Shown: piece after piece, positions 45,518-54,776 of the stretch | Layout of the letters: every line of letters starts with the position of its first letter | Numbering within the stretch: the stretch's first letter is position 1 | Translations under genes and position numbers: made by a program | IMG/VR virus record: IMGVR_UViG_3300021979_000004 | Span: 64,001 to 128,000 of that record | Reading direction: 5' to 3' (one strand) | Source of the DNA: a virus | Taxonomy: Duplodnaviria > Caudoviricetes | Length of the DNA stretch: 64,000 nt | The notes under the pieces: generated by a model | What the model saw: only the letters and a program-made list of their open reading frames with translations | What the model was told of the DNA's origin: nothing | Databases searched by the model: none

Positions 45518-45895
45518 TTATGCGTTAGTCATTGAGTCTTCGCGTGTTACGAAGGATTCTTTTTTGCTTGCCAGTTCAGCCAGTGCATCAGGATCAAGAT
45601 GTGGGTTATAAATGCTACGACCTTTGTAGCGAAACCATTCATGAATCTCATGAAGTTCGGCATCTTTAATCAGTGCAAATACAACACCTACGATTTCCTG
45701 TTTACACATAAACTCACTCAAGTAGCGTTTACCACTGACCCAAGGTTGAGGCTTACCCGTTACAGAGCAAATGCCATTTGCATTGTATAGCTGAATGTAG
45801 ACACCTCGTTCATCATTATGCTTAACACGAATTTCCCATCCCGGCTTATAAGAGCAGAGTTGAGTAAGTTCTTTAACAGTGTCGATAAATGCCAT
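45518..45895 (-). CDS. Hypothetical phage protein
   Basis: GGAG RBS before MAFIDTV; ELHEIHEWFRYKG motif. Confidence 0.7.
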   Translation of the reverse strand: MAFIDTVKELTQLCSYKPGWEIRVKHNDERGVYIQLYNANGICSVTGKPQPWVSGKRYLSEFMCKQEIVGVVFALIKDAELHEIHEWFRYKGRSIYNPHLDPDALAELASKKESFVTREDSMTNA

Positions 45896-45946
45896 AATGA
45901 TATCTCCATTTGATAATATCATTATAGCATACCTTTAAATTAAAAA

Positions 45947-46342
45947 TCAACTATGTCGCGGATATTTTTCATCAACCATTCCCAAAAACTGGTTCCGAAA
46001 GGTTCTTTTATAGCGTACATAAACTAAACGGTCCTTGCCATAGGTACACGTGCGCGAATATTCTTTAGATTTAGTTGTATTCACAAAACCTTTATCATTC
46101 TTCTTAATAATCCCATTTGATATTAAAATAGAATTAACATCACGTGGAGCCAACTCTAAACCACGCGACACATAAACAAACTCTGCTAATACTTTTGCAG
46201 TATCAGGGAATGAAGTGAATACATTATTTTTTGGTACATTATATTTCTTCAGCTTTTTATTTCTACGTTTCTTATGGGCATTACCCGACAAATGGTATTT
46301 CCATGTATCGGGCATCATCTTACTAGACATTAATCTTCCCAC
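45947..46342 (-). CDS. Basic protein, possibly antirepressor-like DNA-binding
   Basis: DVNSILISNGII...TTKSKEY resembles ANT/KilAC-type segments. Confidence 0.4.
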   Translation of the reverse strand: MGRLMSSKMMPDTWKYHLSGNAHKKRRNKKLKKYNVPKNNVFTSFPDTAKVLAEFVYVSRGLELAPRDVNSILISNGIIKKNDKGFVNTTKSKEYSRTCTYGKDRLVYVRYKRTFRNQFLGMVDEKYPRHS

Positions 46343-46920
46343 TCTATTGAATTGTCAATTGTTTTTCTATCACAGTCGGTATATATCTCACCGTTAATCT
46401 CAATTAAAAAATATACATTTCCTGAAGCCATCGATGTATGACGGAATTGTTTAAATACACGGTCGTAATCTCTATATTCAACGCGTTCTACTAGATTACC
46501 ATTCATTGCTTGTTTCTTATTAATAGAATCGATAATAAGATATGTTAGCATTTTAGCTAACAGTAAATCATCAATTTCATAATAAAGATCAAATTTCACA
46601 TCTACTGGACCATAGTCTTGCTGTATAACAAGAATATCATTACGCGGTTCTTTTGTTGTGACAGGCAATACGCTATATCCATTGTTTTCATAGACAACTA
46701 CTTTTCTTTCACAAAATACATAACCACTGTGTAAGAAGTTAACCATGATAGTACGATAGCCTTCTTTATGTTGTGAGTATTCACCAACCGTACTATGACA
46801 TACTTTGTTAATGTCAACTTCCAACGTTATTCGGGGATCGTCAGTTAGGTAGAAATGATGCTTGAACTTATCATCAGGTATTCGGCCTACTTCCCAATCG
46901 TTTTCATCGAGACTTAGCAT
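46330..46920 (-). CDS. Hypothetical protein
   Basis: ORF track. Confidence 0.65.
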   Translation of the reverse strand: MLSLDENDWEVGRIPDDKFKHHFYLTDDPRITLEVDINKVCHSTVGEYSQHKEGYRTIMVNFLHSGYVFCERKVVVYENNGYSVLPVTTKEPRNDILVIQQDYGPVDVKFDLYYEIDDLLLAKMLTYLIIDSINKKQAMNGNLVERVEYRDYDRVFKQFRHTSMASGNVYFLIEINGEIYTDCDRKTIDNSIEWED

Positions 46921-47242
46921 TGTTCAATTCCTCTTCCAACTGTTTTGCCTGCCTACGTAAAGACTCGGCTCTTTCTTTTATCTCTATCATATTGGTATGA
47001 ATCTGTCTGGTGTTCTGATGTATTTCATTCAAATCTTTGCTTATATTGTCCAACTCTTTCAAGTTATTTTCAAAGACTTCAAACTGTTGCTCATAGTGAG
47101 CATCCATTCGTTGAATACCATAATTAACCGATAAGGCTACGCCAGCAAGAAACAATAGAAAAATAACCATATAAACGTAAGGCAGATTATGTTCACCTAC
47201 CTTCTTAACAAACTTATCTATGGCACGTGTATAAAAGTTCAT
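46904..47242 (-). CDS. Single-TM coiled-coil protein
   Basis: One TM followed by heptad repeats. Confidence 0.7.
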   Translation of the reverse strand: MNFYTRAIDKFVKKVGEHNLPYVYMVIFLLFLAGVALSVNYGIQRMDAHYEQQFEVFENNLKELDNISKDLNEIHQNTRQIHTNMIEIKERAESLRRQAKQLEEELNNAKSR

Positions 47243-47310
47243 AATTCCTCACATTGATTAACATTTTAAGATAGTGTATCATAGATCATAATTTAGACAA
47301 GGGTTAAAGA

Positions 47311-47571
47311 ATGAGTATTGAAAATATTTTGATTATGCTTGGCTATTCGCTAGGGAAGTGCTTTAAGGTATCGAGTCCTATCCTTGGACTACTAGTGTTT
47401 TGTTCCATGGTTGATCCGACACTGAGTGTTCAAACTGCCCTCAGTATCTATTCCTTGGTGTATGTTGTTATTCTATCAGGAGACGTGTTTGGGTATGCTT
47501 ACTCAGCAGCTATGTACTGGAAGTTTCATGGTAAGAATCTTCGTAAACTAATACTGGATGAAGACTGTTAA
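47311..47571 (+). CDS. Small membrane protein
   Basis: Hydrophobic ORF filling the gap between opposite-strand genes. Confidence 0.55.
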   Translation: MSIENILIMLGYSLGKCFKVSSPILGLLVFCSMVDPTLSVQTALSIYSLVYVVILSGDVFGYAYSAAMYWKFHGKNLRKLILDEDC

Positions 47572-47960
47572 TCTTCATCCTCTTCTTCGCCCCAATAAGG
47601 GTTAATGTCTTTTCCAACGTAGGCTTTGATCTTAGTTTTGCCGATAAGGTTTAGTGCATTTGCTCTATGAGTACCATCAATTATAGAGCCATCATCTGGA
47701 TCGTATACAATAGGATGATAGCCTTCTTTTTCAATACGCTTGGAAAGTTCTTCAACAAAGTCTTCGTCTACTTCCCATTCGTCTAGATTAAGGTCATCGA
47801 TATCCATTACTGTTTTTTCGTAGGTATCAAACTTGTTTATGCGATGTACAAGATCACCTTCGTCAAAATCTTCAGGGCGTCCATGAATATCTTGGACCAT
47901 ATCTAGCACTGTTCGAGAATCTACTACCGTATTCTCGTTGAGGATGTGTTCGATTAACAT
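47568..47960 (-). CDS. Standalone ParB/sulfiredoxin-like domain protein
   Basis: HPIVYD....IIDGTHRANAL motif; GGAG RBS. Confidence 0.75.
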   Translation of the reverse strand: MLIEHILNENTVVDSRTVLDMVQDIHGRPEDFDEGDLVHRINKFDTYEKTVMDIDDLNLDEWEVDEDFVEELSKRIEKEGYHPIVYDPDDGSIIDGTHRANALNLIGKTKIKAYVGKDINPYWGEEEDED

Positions 47961-47980
47961 AATATACTCCTATTTTAGTA

Positions 47981-47988
47981 TATTTATA
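47981..47988 (-). promoter_or_regulatory. T4-like late promoter
   Basis: TATAAATA upstream of the ParB-like gene. Confidence 0.7.
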
Positions 47989-48240
47989 TCAATCCCATTC
48001 TGTCCAATCTTCTAAGTCTTCAGGAGTTGCGTTCGCTAATAGTTCACTACCCTTTTTAGCTATCTCTGCCAGCCTTTCCTTAGACGGTCTGAAGCTTCCT
48101 TTAAAGGTGACAACGCCAGACACCTTACGATAGACTCTCAGGTATTCTTCTCTCGTGCAGTTATCCAGACAATGAGAACGTACATGTTCCCTTGTTTTAG
48201 ATAATGGTATTCGTTGATAACAAATATGACAGAAAATCAT
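47989..48240 (-). CDS. C2H2 Zn-finger-like small protein
   Basis: CHIC...H...HC motif. Confidence 0.55.
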   Translation of the reverse strand: MIFCHICYQRIPLSKTREHVRSHCLDNCTREEYLRVYRKVSGVVTFKGSFRPSKERLAEIAKKGSELLANATPEDLEDWTEWD

Positions 48241-48248
48241 AATAAAGA

Positions 48249-48602
48249 TTAATCCATTTCTAAAACAGTTACTGATGGTGTTTGTGGCAGGGGAGTAAAA
48301 TGTATTCCCTTTTCTTTAACGTAGGTTTGAAAACTATTAATATAATTTCCTTTTAAATCAAATGTTTGTACTTTGACTAGATAAACATCATCTTGTATAG
48401 CTTCGATTACTATATCTGACTCTATATTTACATCATCAAACATGTAAAGGTGATTACGGTTTACGGTTAATATAATGTAGTGAACTGGGTCTTGTCCTCG
48501 TAACCATACGTCATTTATTACTGATGGACTTCGTTCCTGAATGTATTTTCCATTTGGGTCTTTTTCAATTTTCCACGACAGAGTTCGTATATTCATTTTC
48601 AT
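48249..48602 (-). CDS. Hypothetical protein
   Basis: AAGGA RBS; ORF track. Confidence 0.65.
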   Translation of the reverse strand: MKMNIRTLSWKIEKDPNGKYIQERSPSVINDVWLRGQDPVHYIILTVNRNHLYMFDDVNIESDIVIEAIQDDVYLVKVQTFDLKGNYINSFQTYVKEKGIHFTPLPQTPSVTVLEMD

Positions 48603-48685
48603 ATCCTTTCTATTTGCAATCGTGAAACATTATTGTATCATACCGTTGAATAATGTAAATGATAAATTGATTTTTCTAAGTCAAT

Positions 48686-48710
48686 AAAAAAGGGAGCCAA
48701 TTGGCTCCCT
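48686..48710 (-). terminator. Terminator after tail sheath
   Basis: AGGGAGCC-aatt-GGCTCCCT plus U-tract. Confidence 0.8.
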
Positions 48711-48734
48711 AGTCTTTTCTTTATCTTCCAGCTA

Positions 48735-51608
48735 TTATAGTTCGCCAGTGTTAAGCAAACGTACTGGAATAAAGATGAATTCCACACTCTTAGTAGGAAT
48801 GATTGCTACGTCACACCATAGTTCGTTACGGTCGATACGTGCAGGGGTGTTGTTGCTCTCATCACAACGTACCACGAAATCTGTGATACCACGCTTCTGT
48901 ACGATATCCGCTAGGAACTTCTCAACAACGTTTACAACCGCTTGACGTGTCTGTGCATCGTTCTGTTCGAATAGGAACGGACGTGTGATGCGATCTAGCA
49001 TGTAGCGTAGATATGCAGTCAAACGAGATACGTTGATGCGATCCATTGAAGAGCTAACAGATGTTAGTGTCTTCTGACCCCAAACTTTAATACCTTCGTT
49101 AGGGAAGTTAATGATTGGGTTGATGTTGTTGATGTATAGAGTATCAACTAGTCCATCGTCAATTTGTGCAACACGGAACTCACCGTCTTCTACATAACCA
49201 ATCGCAGAGGTTGCAGGAACCAGACCACGAGTATCACCAGCAGGCGCATACCATGGATATGCAATACGGTCATTCTGAATTAGAACATCTAGAGCCATTA
49301 CGTCAGATGGTACAGAAACTAGGTTTCCATCAGCATCAGACTGTAGACCAGCGAATGCCCAAGTAGCAGACATGTTGTTGAAGGTCACTAGACCATCTTC
49401 ACCGTCTTGGAATGCACCAGCTTGGTTAGTAGCCCAATTCTGAACTGCGTTACCGTTAGCCTGTAGGCGCATTGGAGAAGAACCAACTACGAAAGCGGTT
49501 TGCTTCTTAGCTACGTTTAGGCTGTTTAGTTCAGGTAGTAGCTCAATGTAACCGGGAGCCGCGATTAGGTTAAAGTACTTGTCACGTGCACGAATCTCAG
49601 AAGAGTTAAGTACAGCACGTTTCATAGCACGTACAACCATTTGACGCTGTGCTTTACGGCCCATATATGGAGAACCATCTGGACGGTTGCCGGATACTGC
49701 TACCCATTCGCCATTGCCTTGATATTCTTTAACGTTATTAGTAGAATAGTCCATGTTGAAGAAAAGGATTCCTTCGGGATATTCTTGAGCATTAGGAACA
49801 ACGTTTTCTACAGTAGCGCTTGGACCTTCAGGACGTGCATTACCTTCGTCGTCATATGGTGCATCGTAATGATAGTTACCGAATACAACACCCATGTTTG
49901 TAACCTGATCAGTGTTATCTAGTAGAACCCACTGGTTGTTTACATACTTGTAAAGTGTTGGGTAATTTTCTTGGTCGTCGCTATCTAGCCAGATGTCACC
50001 AGCGCTTGGAGATTCAGGAGCAGATGAACGAATAGATAGCTTAGCGGTAAGCATTTCGTTAACATCTTCTGACCATGCGTAAGAGCGCCACTTCATTTCA
50101 TTATCTTGTGTGTCGAAGTAAGCTTCTAGAAGTTCAGCACGTAGATCAGTGTTGTACCATAGGGTATTAATTTCTGCTTCAGCAGTTGGTTCAGTAGTAG
50201 AAGCAACATACTCTAGAACTTCCCAATTGGAAGTACGGTGATAAGCAGACTGACCAGCACCAGCGTTTTTAGCAAAACCTAGTTGTGGTAGAACGTTGTT
50301 AGGATCGGAAGCAGGATAGTCGCCACCATTCTTAACAACAATGTCTAGACCCTGAGTATTGATGAAACGAATCTTCTTGCCAGCTAGTTCAGTACGGATG
50401 TTTGCCGCCTGTAGGTCTGGGTTACCCTGTAGGGCAATTACTATTTCTTCAACAGTTACTTTGTTAGGATCGGTAGACGCTGCATTTTGCATAGAAGCAT
50501 CAATAGTAATAACCACATCGTTTACGATGAAGTTGTAAGCAGCTTGGACGGATAGATCGAAGTCAACCACATCTTTATTACTTAGAGAAACAGTAGTAGA
50601 CTGACCGTTGAAACGCTTAAGGGTAAACGCAGCAACACCATCAGAAGCTTTTGGAGTACCAGCATTATAGTTATAATCTGGGTTTAGAGTACTGTCATTG
50701 TCGATCTGTGCATAAACCTGACCTTCGTCTAGTTCACCGATACCGTCAAAGTAGCGGGTAGCGTCATCGTTAGCCATGTAGAAAGGAACTTCTTTAGTTA
50801 CGAATTGACCAGAATCAGCGTTGTAAGAGCTAACGTCAAAGAATGCACCGTTACGTGGAACAGTAGTCTTAATGTATAGGTCGCCTTCTTCTAGGGCACT
50901 AGTACCATCGGCACGACGTGCAGGAACGCGGGTATGTGGAGCGAACTGGAAGTCACGGCTGGAACCGGTTTCAGCACCTAGCATGATCCAAGTACCACCA
51001 ACTTTCTCGTAAACAACGATTGGAGTCTGTACAGTAACAGCAGCGAAATCACCATTAACACCGATAGTGTCTTTAGGCTGTGCAACACCGTTTACTTGCT
51101 GTACGCTTTCCATGGAATTGATGATATCAACTTCAGCTTCTTCCCATGCAGAAGTAGTGCTGTTCCACATAAACAGACCAAAGTTAGAGCGAGAGATATC
51201 AAACCAATGAGTACCGGAATCAACAGCTTGTGTTGGTTCGTTGATCATAGGCTCTAGTTGCTCTAGGTCGATGTTTGCGTTTAGAATGTAAGCTTGGTTG
51301 GTTTGATTTAGTACGCGCCATGCAGCGTGTAGACCATATTCGTTGGTTTCGTCACCGTGGATTACAGTGCCATTGTTAACCTTGAACTGTGGCTTACCAA
51401 AACGAGATACCAGATCATTACGACTAGTAACTAGAGTTAGTGAATCGCCCATTTCTGGTAGAGTACCAGATGCAAGCTCACCTTGCTCGTTTAGTTTATT
51501 TTGTCGGGTTGCAGTTACAATTAGAGGAACCGTACCGCTTCCTGAAGGAGCGTAGATAGATTCATCTATTACTGTTACGCTAACACCCGGAGATTGTAAA
51601 GTAGCCAT
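48735..51608 (-). CDS. Contractile tail sheath protein (957 aa)
   Basis: SPGVSVTVIDES N-terminus; NLIAAPGY, WYAPAG..RG, NINPI, GQKTL, RINVSRL, FEQND...TR and VEFIFIP sheath motifs. Confidence 0.95.
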   Translation of the reverse strand: MATLQSPGVSVTVIDESIYAPSGSGTVPLIVTATRQNKLNEQGELASGTLPEMGDSLTLVTSRNDLVSRFGKPQFKVNNGTVIHGDETNEYGLHAAWRVLNQTNQAYILNANIDLEQLEPMINEPTQAVDSGTHWFDISRSNFGLFMWNSTTSAWEEAEVDIINSMESVQQVNGVAQPKDTIGVNGDFAAVTVQTPIVVYEKVGGTWIMLGAETGSSRDFQFAPHTRVPARRADGTSALEEGDLYIKTTVPRNGAFFDVSSYNADSGQFVTKEVPFYMANDDATRYFDGIGELDEGQVYAQIDNDSTLNPDYNYNAGTPKASDGVAAFTLKRFNGQSTTVSLSNKDVVDFDLSVQAAYNFIVNDVVITIDASMQNAASTDPNKVTVEEIVIALQGNPDLQAANIRTELAGKKIRFINTQGLDIVVKNGGDYPASDPNNVLPQLGFAKNAGAGQSAYHRTSNWEVLEYVASTTEPTAEAEINTLWYNTDLRAELLEAYFDTQDNEMKWRSYAWSEDVNEMLTAKLSIRSSAPESPSAGDIWLDSDDQENYPTLYKYVNNQWVLLDNTDQVTNMGVVFGNYHYDAPYDDEGNARPEGPSATVENVVPNAQEYPEGILFFNMDYSTNNVKEYQGNGEWVAVSGNRPDGSPYMGRKAQRQMVVRAMKRAVLNSSEIRARDKYFNLIAAPGYIELLPELNSLNVAKKQTAFVVGSSPMRLQANGNAVQNWATNQAGAFQDGEDGLVTFNNMSATWAFAGLQSDADGNLVSVPSDVMALDVLIQNDRIAYPWYAPAGDTRGLVPATSAIGYVEDGEFRVAQIDDGLVDTLYINNINPIINFPNEGIKVWGQKTLTSVSSSMDRINVSRLTAYLRYMLDRITRPFLFEQNDAQTRQAVVNVVEKFLADIVQKRGITDFVVRCDESNNTPARIDRNELWCDVAIIPTKSVEFIFIPVRLLNTGEL

Positions 51609-51662
51609 TGAAATAATTCTCCTTGTTTTTTGAATATTTTCAGTTAAAATTCTTTATATAGT

Positions 51663-51670
51663 TATTTATA
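51663..51670 (-). promoter_or_regulatory. T4-like late promoter
   Basis: TATAAATA about 55 nt upstream of the sheath start. Confidence 0.75.
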
Positions 51671-51695
51671 GGTAATCATATTATGCATTTATTCT

Positions 51696-52325
51696 TTAGC
51701 GATTTATGATTGTTCTCTCAACATTTATCGCTAGATCGGAGAAGCTACCCGTATTTTCGATTTCAGATTCATAGTTGCAGGACAACCATGCCCATTCAGA
51801 TTCATGTACTTCCATATCATCCAAAGTAACAATAGCATCTTGATCACCATAAGCCGCTTTGATACCAATGTTTTCCCACTCAGGTGTAAAGCGTCGTACA
51901 CGATATATAGATGAGTTTTCAAACTTTTCTATATAACGATGTTCATTTGGGAAGCGGATATCAGTTACCACTACATTCCCCTTTATATTATTTATTTTAT
52001 TTACTAGAGCATATACCCAGATATTCTCATCGAAATGTTTGCGAAATAAATCTGTACCGATCTTGGTCATTGCTAATCTAGGTGTGAAATTAGGAATACC
52101 AAGTTTTTCAGCCCACCAGTGATCCACTTCATCACGCCATTTACGTGACTCGGGGGTATGACCGTTTATCATTTCCATGTCCCAACCAAAAATCACACAA
52201 AGACATTGCTTTAGTGTTTCGGCATATGATAGAATAGAGTAATCGTATTCAGATAGGATATTAGCAACAGTGTCTTTACCACTGCCTTTGAAGCCCATAA
52301 GGCCGACAATTTTTTTATTATTCAT
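51696..52325 (-). CDS. Deoxynucleoside monophosphate kinase (T4 gp1-like)
   Basis: GFKGSGKDT P-loop, PRLAMTKIGTD, DIRFPNE, HESE. Confidence 0.92.
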   Translation of the reverse strand: MNNKKIVGLMGFKGSGKDTVANILSEYDYSILSYAETLKQCLCVIFGWDMEMINGHTPESRKWRDEVDHWWAEKLGIPNFTPRLAMTKIGTDLFRKHFDENIWVYALVNKINNIKGNVVVTDIRFPNEHRYIEKFENSSIYRVRRFTPEWENIGIKAAYGDQDAIVTLDDMEVHESEWAWLSCNYESEIENTGSFSDLAINVERTIINR

Positions 52326-52388
52326 TGTTGTTATTCTCCAAAATTAAAACTTTATCATAAAACCTTTATCCGTCAAGGGAGACAGTAC

Positions 52389-52949
52389 ATGACACCGGGA
52401 TATATTATCGTAAAATACCCATCAGGAAATTCAGTAGTTAATATCTATCTGAAAGACAGTGCTATGGTACAGAATGTTTGTGATTTCTTTGCAGAGCATT
52501 TTGGTCAGTCTGTTAAAATGCCACGAGACTTATTTCATGATCTTTGTAGTGATCGATATAAGGGAACTCTCAGTCCAGAAGAACGACCAAAAACCATGCA
52601 AGATTATATGAATTTTACTATTCCCGAATCAGAACGTTATGCTGAATATTATCGTAACGATTACGATGAAGATTTCATCATCGTGCGTAATTCATTTGAT
52701 AATATTAATTCTCTGGCGGCTAACATTGTTCATAAATTGTTTAGTGAATATAATAATGTTCTCAATGGTGATGCGGTAAGAATTGTACCTGAAGTTGATA
52801 TTAAGCTTGTGCCTTATGTTTATACTGTAGAAGTTTTCAGGGATCAAGATCGTCTCGAACGCCCATACCTCACGGCAAAGTCATCTGATGGTATTGAGTT
52901 TGCAGGGTTTGTATCTAAAATTAAAGTTGTTGAGGAAGACGATGAGTAA
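52389..52949 (+). CDS. Hypothetical protein
   Basis: GGGAG RBS; ORF track. Confidence 0.7.
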   Translation: MTPGYIIVKYPSGNSVVNIYLKDSAMVQNVCDFFAEHFGQSVKMPRDLFHDLCSDRYKGTLSPEERPKTMQDYMNFTIPESERYAEYYRNDYDEDFIIVRNSFDNINSLAANIVHKLFSEYNNVLNGDAVRIVPEVDIKLVPYVYTVEVFRDQDRLERPYLTAKSSDGIEFAGFVSKIKVVEEDDE

Positions 52950-54087
52950 AATTACCCCTACATTCAATTCCAAGATGTCTCAAAGAATTGATAAAATGGT
53001 TCGGTGTCTCGATCCTAAAAACCAAACATCGGTTGTTTCTGGTGAATACCGCGCAATTTTATTAGAAATTGGTAGTGCTATGCTGTCGGGAACTGACGTT
53101 GACCCCAGAGTTAAAAATTTTGTTCAAGACCATATGACGTACTTTCGTAGACATGTACCAGAAATGCACTACATTCTTCTTCTGATTCTTTCTCTTCGTG
53201 ATGATGATATTTCCAAAAATATCACAGATACACATATTCAGGATGCAGCAACGGAAGCTTTTATTTCATTATCTAAAAGACATAGCCTGATTCTGTCAAC
53301 CAAGCTTCGAGATATTTTATTACAGCAATATCAAGCTACCTTGAGTTACCTGACACATACCGTTTTATCATTTACCATTGATATCAAAGATGCATTTCCA
53401 ATATCAAGCATTGATAATTCAGAAAGGTTTATAATGATCAATAAAGCAAAAGTATTCACAGTTAACGCTTTTAAATATATGATCGAAAACAACATTCCTT
53501 ACCTGTTGAATATTCTAGATAATATTCCGATAACATGGGAAAGTGCACCTATACATCATTCCATGTTCGAACAAAAAAATAATAACGAAGACATAAGCAA
53601 ATATCAGAAAAAATTTAATTACAAGAATGATTGTAAAAACTATTCAACGGTCAACCCTAATTGTGTTGAGGCTGTGTCTCATAGAACTACATCATACAAC
53701 GATATGATTGAAGAAATTAACAAGTACGTCACAACTGAGTATGCCGTTATTGATATTCATTCTATGTTTATGATTCAAAAGCATATTGATTCATGCTCTA
53801 CCGATAAGCCCACGACACACCAAACACTGTCATGCTCATACCATGTTGGACTTTCCATCGTGTATTATTATGAAGTGCTTGGAGTAGATATATCAGAAAT
53901 GCTTACAGAAGAATATATTAAATTTATATTCAAGATGAATGGCAATACCAAGAATGATGCTAACGACAACTTTATTACAGTACACAACTGTATCGCGTAT
54001 CTGGATAGGAAGTTTGGGTATGATCAGGAAGTAATGAAGGCTTTAAACAAATATCGTAACTACTTGAAACTAGCAAAATTAATTTAA
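52942..54087 (+). CDS. Helical hypothetical protein ending in a KL motif
   Basis: GAGG RBS before MSKITP; ends YRNYLKLAKLI. Confidence 0.7.
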   Translation: MSKITPTFNSKMSQRIDKMVRCLDPKNQTSVVSGEYRAILLEIGSAMLSGTDVDPRVKNFVQDHMTYFRRHVPEMHYILLLILSLRDDDISKNITDTHIQDAATEAFISLSKRHSLILSTKLRDILLQQYQATLSYLTHTVLSFTIDIKDAFPISSIDNSERFIMINKAKVFTVNAFKYMIENNIPYLLNILDNIPITWESAPIHHSMFEQKNNNEDISKYQKKFNYKNDCKNYSTVNPNCVEAVSHRTTSYNDMIEEINKYVTTEYAVIDIHSMFMIQKHIDSCSTDKPTTHQTLSCSYHVGLSIVYYYEVLGVDISEMLTEEYIKFIFKMNGNTKNDANDNFITVHNCIAYLDRKFGYDQEVMKALNKYRNYLKLAKLI

Positions 54088-54109
54088 GAGGGCCTAAGCC
54101 CTCTTTTTT
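54086..54109. terminator. Terminator between convergent genes
   Basis: AAGAGGGC-ctaa-GCCCTCTTTTTT. Confidence 0.8.
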
Positions 54110-54446
54110 ATAGATTCAGCAAACGTCTAGCATATGACTCAGCTTCGTTCTTATTGGCCTTAAAGTAGAAATAGCTCTGCTCACGACCAGTATCCAACCT
54201 CGTTTTATACTCAGGTTTTAAAATACCATCTTTAACAAGATTGTTCAGTGCTTGAACTACTTGTCTGTGTGGTGCATTGAAGCGCTTCACATATTGTTCT
54301 GGTGTGACGAAATATTTCCCTTTTGATGGGGAGAGAATTTCTACCAGAACTTGCTCAGTCACCTGTGCTTTTAGTTCTTTGAAATTTTTCTTGCTCAGTA
54401 CTGTACCTGCAAATGATTGTACGTGTTGCATATGAATTCCCTCCAT
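54108..54446 (-). CDS. Winged-helix DNA-binding protein (putative)
   Basis: TPEQYVKRFNAPHRQVVQALNNLVKDGIL HTH/wing pattern; GGAGG RBS. Confidence 0.55.
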   Translation of the reverse strand: MEGIHMQHVQSFAGTVLSKKNFKELKAQVTEQVLVEILSPSKGKYFVTPEQYVKRFNAPHRQVVQALNNLVKDGILKPEYKTRLDTGREQSYFYFKANKNEAESYARRLLNL

Positions 54447-54461
54447 AACTTAAAAATATGA

Positions 54462-54491
54462 ATTATATCAATGGTTGTTTCTCTCTGTCAA
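54462..54491 (-). promoter_or_regulatory. Consensus sigma70 promoter
   Basis: TTGACA-18-TATAAT. Confidence 0.75.
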
Positions 54492-54776
54492 GTGAATTCG
54501 AAGAATTCATAGTGAGGTGTTTACGCCTCACTAATAACAATAGAGAAATTATATTTATAGGAGTTATATGTATAGATAACTTTTATTATCTGTATTCCAT
54601 TTCATTCCATACAGATATGAAATATCATTCTGATATTTCTATTACATAACTCTTACTTTTTCTTTATAAAGAAATATAAGAACTAGGTTAGAGTTTTGAG
54701 GTTAGAGTTTTCGAGTACCTAGACAAATTCAATATCTATGGTAGATTTGATTAATTACAAAAACAGGAGATAAGTA

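Noticed and set aside
46904-47242. i-spanin candidate
   Set aside because: TM plus coiled coil fits, but there is no overlapping lipoprotein o-spanin or lysis context, and it follows an early-type promoter.
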